From NCBI GenBank assembly GCA_021613535.1, contig CP075496.1, forward strand, positions 868,001-932,000: DNA of 64,000 bases, in the 5' to 3' direction. Shown here in pieces: positions 13,882 through 25,500 of this stretch. Source of the stretch: Adineta vaga. Its lineage: Eukaryota > Animalia > Rotifera. Both the position numbers and the translations under genes were made by a program. The notes under the pieces are model-generated. The model ran no database searches, had not been told where the DNA came from, and worked only from the letters and a program-made list of their open reading frames with translations. Positions within the stretch are counted from its first letter, which is position 1. Each line of letters opens with the position of its first letter.

Positions 13882-15774
13882 TGCTTTTTATCTAAGAGAA
13901 ATAACACATTTGATTTCAAATTGATATAGTTTCATTCATTGATAATGTTCATCTTTCTCACAATTCGATAATCAACACTTATTTTACTCCTATATCTCTC
14001 TCAAATCTTGAAAATTTATTGACATGTTCGAAGTCAAATTTATTTCATCGATTTTCTATCTAATAGAACGAAAGAATTAATATCGATGGATGTAGATTGG
14101 AAAATCTATTTGATAGTTATAACAAATAATTTCTTCTTAAAATATTTTTCATTTTATTATTTCAATCGGTTTACATAGAAAATATCTTGTCGTGTTTATA
14201 AAAATTATTATTCTTGAATGAAAATTATCGACATCTATATTCTCTTAATAGTTAATCGTATAGATGATATTCTACCAATTAAAATCATCTCAAATAGATA
14301 TGATTTGATTGAGAATATGAAGAGACTTTGTTCACGTAGATATAAAGATATTTTCGTATTGAAAATATAAAGATCAAGGTCAAAATACAAAGAAAATAGA
14401 TTTTATTGATTAATCGTATATCTAATGATTTGTTACTCGAAGGAAATCAATCAACTACAAAAGAAAAACAAAGTTTCTATATCATTTTGATTGATCGATT
14501 AGAGCAAGTGTCAAATGAGTTATGGATAATATATAAATAAGAAATGAAATCATATTCAAAGACATGTACTCGAGCAAAAAATATCATTAAAATAATTGTT
14601 GTTATTTCGAGGGTTTATTATTGAAGAAAGTTTACTATGGTTCAGTTTCGATTGTTGTAAGTATTTTCAATTATATTAGAACCTAAAGATTGGAAGTTCA
14701 TTTCGTTCCGACAAACCAATTTCAAACATCGAACCTCGAGAAAAAAAACGTTTCTTTATGAAGTAAGAAATTGCTAATGGCAAGAAATATTCTTTTTGTA
14801 TTATATTTACTTTCTTTTTATTCATTCACAAGTTTAGAATTGTATAAAAGAAATAATAATGGATGATTCTATTGTATAGTTCTGAATACATATGCGAACA
14901 AATTAGGTAAAAATATGAGAAATACAATGTTTTTATTCATTTTAATTGAAAACATGTTTACGTCACATAGAAAAGTATTTACCTGTAATTCAAGGTCAAT
15001 CTACAATTATTTTTAAGAGCAGTATTTTGTTGGTCTCATGTCACCTTTTAATATCGAATTATTTAGTAAGAATAAATACGAAATGGAAATGCTTAGTGAA
15101 TATGTCACGTCTCGTGATCTAGTATATCTTTATTCGGAATGAATTTGAAAAGACCATACTATAGAAAAAGTCTTCTCTGTATATAGATTTATGATAGGGA
15201 ATATCCGAAAGAATATAACGTAAAAATGTATGATCTATATGGGATATTCCTATAGCAGAAAGGAAATGATTAGTACAATAATGACATCTGTAAAGACAGC
15301 ATTTGACATTCAGTATATCGCAGAGTGAGTAATATCAACATATTTGTTTTTCCGATCAAGTTATTTTACATAAAAGAATATTTACCAGTCTTCATTCCAT
15401 TTGCAATCTGTTCTTTAATGTACACATTTGAAAAATATTATTTTTTTGTCATAAAACCAAAGCGATATAAATCTTTTCCATCTATATCGGAATGAAAACA
15501 TCGTTTATTCTTATACGTGAATTATTTAACTCACCGACGTAATATATCGTTACATTGGATGATTGATTATTTTTATCGATTAAGAACATATAATTATATC
15601 TTATTCATTAATGATAGGTAATTGCAGCATATTTTTATTTGAAGTATGATAGAATCAGAATGTCAAAAATGTATGATATAAAAAAAATAGAGATTCAAAA
15701 TTTTTCATATTTTAATTATATTTTGTCTCAATCTTGCTTTTCGCCTACACAGTTCTCCCCACACTCTGATCAAC

Positions 15775-15812
15775 ATATATTTAAAAACAGTCAGTCAGTC
15801 AGTCATTCATTC
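15775..15812 (+). promoter_or_regulatory. Probable TATA box and initiator (TCAGT repeats) of the DUF2252 gene
   Basis: TATATTTAAA followed by CAGTCAGTCAGTCAGTCATTC, about 200 nt upstream of the ATG at 16001. Confidence 0.4.
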
Positions 15813-16000
15813 ATTCTTATTTTATTCATAACTTCAATAAAAACTATATTCATAGAATCTATCTGATCATACATGTAATTCTTAAATAATTTCTTCTGTT
15901 ATAATCATCTTTTACTTAAAACTCTTCTCTTTTCCGTTATAAGCCAACAAATGGTTATTTATCTTCTAGATAGTTTCAACGCAGATCATTTTCTCTCATC

Positions 16001-17640
16001 ATGTCAACTGCATCTACAATCGAAGCAAATGCACCCGAAAAAGCTATCGATCGAATTGAAGCACAAACAAACGAAGAACGATCACAAACAATCATCGATA
16101 TCTTTTCCAAATATTTTGGTGATGGAATCAAATCAAATCCAACTGCATTTCGTGGTCGTTTTCGTAAAATGGCTGCAACACCCTTCAACTTCTATCGTGG
16201 TTCTGCACTTTTATTCTATCAAGATTTGAAAGTTGATCAAGATCCATGGATTTATGGTCATCCAGCTGCTGGAAATATTTTCATTCATGTAATTCATCTT
16301 TTATCTTTCTTGTTTCTTCATTCTGATTTGTATTGTTGATGTTTAGGGTGATTTACATGCTGAAAACTTTGGTACATATTTGAATAATCATGGCATCTTG
16401 AATTTTGACGTCAACGATTTTGACGAAGGGTATTGTGGACCATTTACATGGGATGTGAAACGTCTTTTGGCATCATTGAATATAGTTGCACATAGTAAAG
16501 GATTTTCTGATAAAGAAATCGAAGAAATTCTTCGTACTTGTGCACAAGCATATCTCAAACAAGTGAAAGATTTTTGTGAAAATCCAGAAAATCAATTTGC
16601 ATTGACATTGAAAACAACAAGTGGAAAAATCAAAAAGATTCTCAATGAAACTCGAGTGAAATCACATGTTGATAATCTGAATACAATGACTGCTATTGAA
16701 GATTATGATCGACGATTTATTCGATCGAAAATGATCAAAGATGTTGATGATACTCTTCGAGAACAAATCACTCAGGTGAGATAAACATATACCTGATAAA
16801 TATGATTCAATGTCTTTTCTCTTCAGGCTTTTGCTGATTATGTTAAAACAATTCCCGAATACAAGAAAAAAGGTGATAAAAATCCTGAGAACTTTAGCTA
16901 TAACATCAAAGATATTGTTGCACGTTCATCACCTGGTATTGGATCAGCTGGCAAAGTTTCTTATTCGATTCTTGTCGAAGGTCCAACAGAAACATTAGAA
17001 AATGATATTGTTCTCTATATGAAACCAGCACAAAAATCAGCTATTAGCTATGTTATTCAAAATCCTGAATTGGAACAATATTTTAAACATGATGGTCTTC
17101 GAACTGTTCTCTGTTCGTATGCAATGCAAGCTGTGACACCACAATGGTTAGGTTATACAACACTTGGAAATGTTCCTTGTTTAGTTGATGAAGTAACAGC
17201 ACATTCAGAAGATTTAGATTGGGGCGATATCAATGAGCTGAATGATATTCTTGAAGTTGTCACATATCTTGGAAAAGCAACAGGTAAAGAAGATTGATGA
17301 GTATCTATCATATGTATGTATAAGAATGTGATGTGCTTATAGCTAAGATTCATTGTGTTGCTGATTCTGATTGTGTGAATACACCAGGTGATGTTTCTTG
17401 TTTACCTTTTTCAATAATTCCACAACATACAGAAAAGACAATTCGTGAAGCAATTGGAGATCGTGAGGATGAATTTGTCAATGATATGGTACAATTTGGA
17501 ATGGTAAGAAGTGATGGTTGATGTTTGTGAGAAGAATGAGATTTGTTTTTTTTGTATAGGTTTATGGTAAACTGGTTCGTCGAGATCATCATCTGTTCTT
17601 TGAAGCGTTTCGTAACAAACAAATCCCAGGACTTGAATAA
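16001..17640 (+). CDS. DUF2252 family protein (kinase-like fold, bacterial type), 4 introns
   Basis: RFRKMAATPFNFYRGSALLFYQDL, IH/GDLHAENFGTY, FDVNDFDEG, PFTWDVKRLLASL, GIGSAG motifs; introns near 16289, 16775, 17284 and 17503; stop TAA at 17638-17640. Confidence 0.88.
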
Positions 17641-18618
17641 ATATTGTTTAGTTGCCTTTTTTATAAAGTATAATTGGTCTCTTTTAGTAGTTATTTTATC
17701 GTTCTAGTTTTTCTTGTTATTAGACATTAACGATGATTGTCCATAGTATGAATTAGTATACTAATAAAAGGAAAGTCGATAAGTGAAGTGTAATATAATT
17801 TTCTTTTGAGTTTAATCGTGGCTTGAATATTATCAAATATTTCTCTTATGGAAAAGTTGGTAACACACACTTTCTCGTTTTGTATCTTGCTGAATACGGT
17901 CACTTTTCTCAGTAATTAATGATAAAATATCGACGGTCATATGGGATCAACATGTATTCGTGAATTATTATTAGATAAAGAATCATAATATAAAATTCTT
18001 TCAGATGTTGATTTTTGGTACAATCTATCGAGTTGTATCTAATGAAACTGTGAATAAAATTCGTTTGTACTTTATTTTCATTGTTCATGATTATCGTAAA
18101 TGATTTATACATTTATTCAAGTTTTGAAACTTTAAATTGCATTGAATGATATACATCTGTTCTAATCGAGTTTTACGAGACAACGAACCATAGACGATAG
18201 AAACTTTCAATGCTAAATCACAATAACATGACTATTTTCGTCAATCTATGTTCATATGTGCTCTTTCAATTCGATTGCACACTATATTTTAAAACAACAC
18301 CTATATGCGTATGACATCTATCGCACAAATACTTGTTTCACAACCAAAACTTATCGTTTTATTTGAAGATATCTCCTATTCGTATTCGATAGTTGATAGA
18401 TGAAACCAATTGCGAATTTTTGTTTGAGTTTGGTTTTCTTTAGGGTTCCACACTTATTTTGATTGGTGGTAATTATCTCAGATGACTCATTCCTGTCGTC
18501 TACTTACCAAAGACAAATGTAATGTGTAATGCAATACACGCGAACTGTCTTAAAAATGTCATTTTTTTTGTTCGTTTCTATTTAATTTGAAGTTCATATT
18601 TCAGATTCAGACAAGAAA

Positions 18619-21509
18619 ATGTTCCCATTCGGTGCATCTACTAATCCAACCACAGCAAGTACAACGCCATTCAATTTTGGTGGTGGATTATCTACAACTG
18701 CTGGAACAACTACAGCTGCTTCAACTCCATTTACTTTTGGTGGCAGCTCGACGACGACTGCACCCACAGCTACATCATTTGGTGGCACTAGCGGTGGTAC
18801 TAGCACATTTGGATTTGGTGCAACACCAGCTGCAACAGCACCTACTACTGCAACAGGAAGTTCTTTTTCATTTGGTTCAACATCTACAGCACCTAGTTCT
18901 CAACCATCTGCATTTGGATTTGCATCAACAGCCGCACCTGCAACAACTCAACCATCTTCTTTTTCATTTGGATCAACACCTGCAGCAGCACCTTCTGCGA
19001 CACAACCATCTGCATTTGGATTTGGATCAATAGCAGCACCTGCAACAACGCAACCATCTTCTTTTTCATTTGGATCAACACCTGCAGCAGCAGCACCTTC
19101 TGCTACTCAACCATCGGCATTGTCTTTTGGAGCACCAGGATCAACAAGTGCATCAGCACCACCACCATCTTCTTTTTCCTTTGGATCAACACCTGCAAGT
19201 ACTACTACTGCCCCTGTTCCTGCTGCAACAGGCTCTTCTTTTGCGTTTGGTGGAAGTCCATCCACAGTACCAGCGTTTGGTTCTACTGCTACTGCACCCG
19301 CTGCTTTCGGAGCATCATTGTCAACGACGGCTACTCCGGCTTCAGCAGGTTTTTCAACAACATCATCTCTTTTTCCTGCAGCTTCATCGACAGCAATGCC
19401 ATCGTTTGCGCCAGTCACTACAGCTGCTGCTACTGCACCGGTAATTTATATATGATTGAATCTCTTTCCATAAGAACGAGCTCAAGCATTATCTCACATC
19501 ACTTCTTTTATATTTAGACTTCATCGTTGTTTTCACTTGCTACTGCACCAACAGCTACAGCCACAACAACAGCTGCTGCAACTGCGACACCATCTACTTC
19601 TCTGTTTTCATTTGCAACACCTTCTAGTACTGCAAGTGCTACTACAACCACTATTGCTGCTGCTGCTCCATCAACATTTTCCTTTGGAGGAACACCCGCT
19701 GGTGCTACATCAGCACCAGCTTCTTCTCTTTTTGCTCTGCCAACACCAGCAGCAGCAGCAGCAGCAACAACAACAACAATAACAGCATCAACTCTATCAG
19801 CAAAACCATCATTTGCATTTACTCCTCAACCTGCTGCAACAACAACAACTACATCAATTGCTTCTGCTCCATCGGTAATTGTTGCTCAGTTTCAACAATA
19901 TTTGTACATTTATACATAATTGATCATTGAAAATTATTCGATTTTTAGACAATTCCATCATTTGCATTACCAACAACAACAACAACAACCTCAGCTACTA
20001 TTCCTATTGGTACTTCAACAGCAGCTTCTTCCTTTACATTTGGTACTCCATCAACAGCAGCAGCACCTAGTACTACAGCAACTGCACCTCTTTCATTTCT
20101 TGTTCCAACAACAACAGCAGCAGCAGCAGTAGCACCAACAACGGCGACTGTTGCATCTGCATCACTCAGTTTTCCTCCTATAACAACAGCAACCGCAGGT
20201 ACATCCTCAAATACTGTCCTTTCAAATCTTCTTGCTTCGACAACAACTACTACACTACCAACGCTTACTACAAATGTATCAAGTTTTCCATCATTAACTG
20301 CTTCAACAACAACAGCGCCAACCATTGGACTTACAATACCTACAACTTCCTCAACATCTGCTACTACTGCTGCTTTTGTAAGAAAACTAGAGCATATATT
20401 TTTTATTGAATATATATCTTTGTATTTAGCCAACCATTCCAACATTAACTACAACGACAAGCACTACTGGTCTTGGTGGTATATCTGCTCCTCCATCCAC
20501 ATCCGCAACAACAAGTACATCCAGCACCACTACTACTAGTTCATTTACAACCGCAATATTTGGTAAAATTGAATTAAAATAAAGCAAATTGTTTATAATT
20601 TTGTTTTCATAAAGGTCCAACAAGTATTATTCAAAAGCCAAAAGAATCATCTGATCCAATGGATCAATTATTACCAGCAGAATTAGATACTCTAGTTGAT
20701 AATTTCATGTAAAGATTCTCATTTTGATTTTCTCCAGGTGAAATATTCTTTTTTATGTTTAGTACAATGTTATCAGAAACTGATCAATTATTGACTGATA
20801 TGGAACATACATCAACAAGCAAATTTATTAATGTTCATGAACAAATTGTTCGTGTTCAACAAAATGTTTTAGATATCCAAAGTGATGTTCAAAGAGATGA
20901 AGCAACTTTTGCACAAATCAATCAAGCATATCAACAAGTAAATCGGTCAAAACTACACTTAAGCCTTCTAGAAAACGACCTTTTTTGTTTTTTGCTTTGT
21001 TTAAGGAACTTTATAATACAACAATTTGTAAATATCTTCGATCACTTCCATTAGGTGCTGATATTGAAGATCGTGTTGTGAATAAGTAAAGATTTTTATT
21101 AATTTTATTTTTGAAATGAAATGAATAATATCTTTTGTTTTCATCATTTAGTTATTTAATACAAAAAGTCGAAGATATCAAAGTTAATTATAAACAATGT
21201 CAAGATGTTTTAGATTGTGCAGAAAAACGTTTACAAACAAATGGATTAGGTGTTACCACAGAAGGTAAATCAATTCAAATATATAATTGATTAATTATGA
21301 AAAATTGTAATTTGTGTTTAGATTTAGTTGCAACAGCTAAGAATGTTTATACCGGAATGATAACAGCTGGTTCAAAAGCAAATCAAACACATAAATTAGT
21401 CGAAGTAAACAAATTCTTTTATTGAGTTAATTTTTACTGATTTTGTTTTTATTCTTAGGATCTTAAATATCGTGTTCTTGGTCATCAAAATAATTCTAAT
21501 GATGCTTAA
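18619..21509 (+). CDS. NUP58: FG-repeat nucleoporin p58/p45, multi-exon
   Basis: N-terminal FxFG and Thr/Ala/Ser-rich repeats. C-terminal coiled coil (LPAELDTLVD..SKFINVHEQI..QQELYN..YLIQKVE..VTTEDLVATAKNVYTGMITAGSK..HKLVEDLKYRVLG) parallels the Nup58 core (LPPVICQDVE..SKAMLKVQEDI..QELKN..ITPQDLSMAMQKIYQTFVALAAQ..HENVKVLKEQYLG). Confidence 0.78.
18901..19115 (+). repeat. Intragenic tandem duplication of a 102-105 bp FG unit
   Basis: QPSAFGF.S.AAPATTQPSSFSFGSTPAAAPSAT repeated at 18901 and 19003; a third start at 19108. Confidence 0.85.
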
Positions 21510-21559
21510 ATACTTGATTTTTCTTTTGTTATATTTTTGTATATTCAAATAAACTAGGC

Positions 21560-22107
21560 ATTTCCTCTTATGAATACTTCAATTAAATTTCATTTGAATA
21601 TATTTATTTTTATTTCATAATGAAAATGCATGTTCTTTTACGATAGCTAAAGTTTGATTTGTTTGTTCATGTGTAAATGTAGTTGTATATGTAAGAACTT
21701 TATTTTCAATAAGAATACTTTGTTTATTCCAATGAATAAGATATTTGGTTTTGTAGAAATGAAATTGTCTTTGAAATTCTCCATTAATCCATTGATTTGA
21801 AATTGGATCAAGAATCGTAAAATTTGCTTGATGTTTTAGTAAACTGAATTTATTTCTTAATTCAGCAATAACTTGTTTAGAAGAAAGATTGATGACTTGA
21901 ATTTTTCCTCCAAATGTAAAGAATGATTCGATACGAAAGAGTAAATGTTCTTTTTATAAATCGAAAATCGAAAATTCACTTAATTTCATTCCATTGAAAT
22001 GATCTTTTTTTCATAAAATAACGATAAATTCGCGGTTTGAATAAATCGTCATTTGCAAAAATAAAGACAATTGAAAATATAAGCAAAATTGATATTCGTG
22101 AAAACAT
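21560..22107 (-). pseudogene. Secreted LURP-one/Tubby-C2-like protein pseudogene (absent from the ORF track)
   Basis: Manual translation: MFSRISILLIFSIVFIFANDD..YFMKK[+1 frameshift in A7 run, 22005-22011]DHFNGMKLSEFSIFDL*KEHLLFRIESFFTFGGKIQVINLSSKQVIAELRNKFSLLKHQANFTILDPISNQWINGEFQRQFHFYKTKYLIHWNKQSILIENK..TLAIVKEHAFSL*NKNKY; about 110 open codons between the stops. Confidence 0.65.
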
Positions 22108-22545
22108 TTTGACGATTTCGTACTTATCAATGAAATAGTTATATCTTAGAAGTATATGCCATCGAATTCATTTATATACAAAATAATAAGAAAAAACACA
22201 TTATCTTAGATTTCATTTTTCCTCATGATATTAGTTGACCTTACACTTGGAAATCAGATAAATGACAGAGAATATGAAAACGAACGTTCTTTATCCTGGA
22301 TTAATTTAATTAAATAAAGTATACTGTCTAGTGGCGCCTTTGGTTTCGTTAAAGATAATATTATTTCTTACTGAACTAAACATAGAATAAAATCTTCGTT
22401 TGAAAAAAGAATTTTCATCTATTTTCGAAATTTTAGAGAAAAGAAACAATGAATAAATCTGATTGGTCATTGATTTCTCCCCAAAAAATAAATTTCGTTT
22501 ACATATATCAAACGAATTTATCTGATATAATAGAAATCAAAAATC

Positions 22546-25500
22546 ATGACGACATCAATGCATCATGATCGTCAAACATCTGCCAAACAAAAAACAATTG
22601 CACCAAGTTATGGTCCAGGCAATTCTCTATATTCCGCAACTGAATCCTTAACTGCACAAGATATTCAGGATTATTTTCGTATTGGTCCATCACGAGCAAA
22701 TTCTACAATAAATTCTATTTCTCATACAAATGAACGTAAAACAGTTCAATATCTTCGTCCAACATCATTCGAACAACATCAACGAGAAATGCAACAAATG
22801 AATAAAAATAAAATGGATATTATTCCATATGCAACATTTCATGAAAAGTAAAATATTCTTTATCTTTGAGAAAAATAAGATAAATCGTTTTTCTTTCATT
22901 TTAGAAAACAATTATTACCGATGGATCAAAAAGCTTATGCACGAGATTTTCAACAAAGATATGATAATGAATTTCTTCAAGTAAAACAGATGACGTTTTG
23001 TAATTTAAAATGTAATCAATCGTTTATTTTAGCGTTGGAATAAAGGTGCAACATGTGATATCGATGGTGAAACAACTATCAGTTCATTAAGTCAACAGTA
23101 TGGAAGTACAACAGCGAGTTCATCAATAACAAATCGTTTAACTAAATTAAATCTTCCACGTGATTCCGATCGTGAACATATGTCTGATATTGAAGGTCAA
23201 ACCGATCCTGATGGTGTTCCAAGTGAAGTTGATAAAGAAGAAATTCGTCAAATCTTAGGTGTTTCTCATGCATTGGAAACTTTTGATGATTATAAAGAAA
23301 TCAAACAATGGATTAATCAAGATACAACATTACCTGTTTATGCACAAAAAGAGAAAATTTTATCAACAATTGAAAAAAATTCCATTACAATTATTCAAGG
23401 AAATACTGGATCAGGAAAATCAACACAAATTCCTCAATATATTTTGGATGATTTTGTAAAAAATTCGAAACCTGTGAATATTGTTGTCACTCAACCACGT
23501 CGAATAGCTGCTCGATCACTTTGTGAACATATTTCCTATTCACGTCAATGGCCTGTTGGACAAACAGTTGGTTATCAAACAAGTTTAAATCGACAACGTT
23601 GTGAATTAACAAGAATTTTATATTGTACAACTGGTGTTCTTTTACAAAGATTAATTTTAACAAAAACATTACAAGATTTTACACATATTATTCTTGATGA
23701 AGTTCGTTTTTCTTTTTAGTTATGTTTTCAATATAGAAAAGATTCATTTTAGGTTCATGAACGTGATCAATCGATGGATTTTCTATTAATTTTAATTCGA
23801 ACATTATGGTTAAGAAATTCACAAAATGTCAAGATTATTTTAATGTCAGCAACAATTGAAATTGATAAATTAGCTCATTATTTTCGTCAAGTTATTGATG
23901 GACAAATTGTTCCAGCCTATCAATTTCATGTTGGTGATCGTCTTTTTGATGTACAAGAAATGTATTTAGAACATATTCAAAATTATGGTTTGGTAAATAT
24001 TTACATTCGAATAAAGATTTTGTTTTTTCATTTTTGTCTATTAGTTACCAGATTTAAAATTAGGTGAAGCTCGTTTATCACGTGAAGCAATTGATCTCTG
24101 TGTTAAATTAATCAAAAGTTTTGATGATGAAGATAGTATGGCTGGATGGGATCATACAAGAAATTTACCAATAAAACGTGCAACTGTATTAGTTTTTCTT
24201 CCGGGTTTATTAGAAATTCAAACTGTTCATGAAGCTTTACGTTTTCCACGTGGAAAACCTGATTCAGCAAAATTTAATCTAGATGATTTAGATGAATGTA
24301 TGAAATTTAATTATGATATTATTCCATTACATTCCGATTTAGCAATGGATGATCAAATGAATATTTTTACACCAGCAAAAACAACTTATCGAAAAGTATT
24401 TCATCTTAAATATTATATAGAAACGAAATGATTTTTGTTTTTGATTTAAAGATTATTTTAGCAACAAATATTGCTGAAAGTTCAATTACAATTCCTGATG
24501 TTCGATATGGTAGGAGAAGAAATGATGAAAACAAAAAACACTCAATCTTCTTTTTCTTTTAGTTATTGATTTTTGTTTAAATAAAGAAATGGTTTGTGAT
24601 CCAGAAACGAATTATTCATGTTTACAACTTGTTTGGGCATCGAAAGCAAATTGTGATCAACGACGAGGTTTTATTTTCTTCTTTTTCTTTAAAGATTCAT
24701 TTTCTAAATAATTATATTTAGGTCGAGCTGGTCGTGTTACACATGGCAAATGTTATCGTCTTGTTAAATTACATTTATTTAATTCACTTTCATCATATCA
24801 AAAACCTGCCCTTGTTCAACAATCACTTGATCGTGTTATTCTTCAAGCAAAAAAATTAAATATTGGTGAACCAAAAGCAATTCTTGCTCTCGCTTTAGAA
24901 CCACCAAATATCAATGATATTGAAATAACAATTCTTAAACTAAAAGAAGTTCGAAACAAATTTGATTTAAATCAATTCTTTTATTCTTTCTTTAGCTTGG
25001 CGCATTGACAATTCATATGGGTCAAGATGAAATTCGTCCATTTGATGGTGATTTAACATTTCTTGGAAAGATTATGGCTGCATTACCACTTGATATTGAA
25101 TTATCACGTTTAATTGCATTAGGACATGCATTTGGTTTACTTTATGAAAGTGTAATTATTGCTGCATGTTTATCAACAAAAAGTATTTTTAAAATTTATT
25201 ATAAAGATCGTTTAGCTTCTTATAAGTAAGTGATTTTATTCTTATCTTTTCAGAATGTTCTTGTCGATTTCTATTTGAATAGAAGTAAATTTAATTTTGC
25301 TGCTGGAACATTTTGTGATTGTCATGCATTTCTAAATGTTTATAAAGTAAATGAAAAGATGATTTGTTGTTGATGAAAATTTTTTTATTTTTTAAAGACA
25401 TGGCTTTATCATGAAAGTAATCAACAATTTCGAACAAGTGATGCTGAACGTCGTTGGGCACAATTACATAATGTTGATATAAAACGTTTACGTGAAGTTC

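Noticed and set aside
18587-20623. Gln/Leu/His-rich and Val/Ala-rich overlapping ORFs
   Set aside because: Alternative-frame and antisense shadows of the Nup58 low-complexity region.
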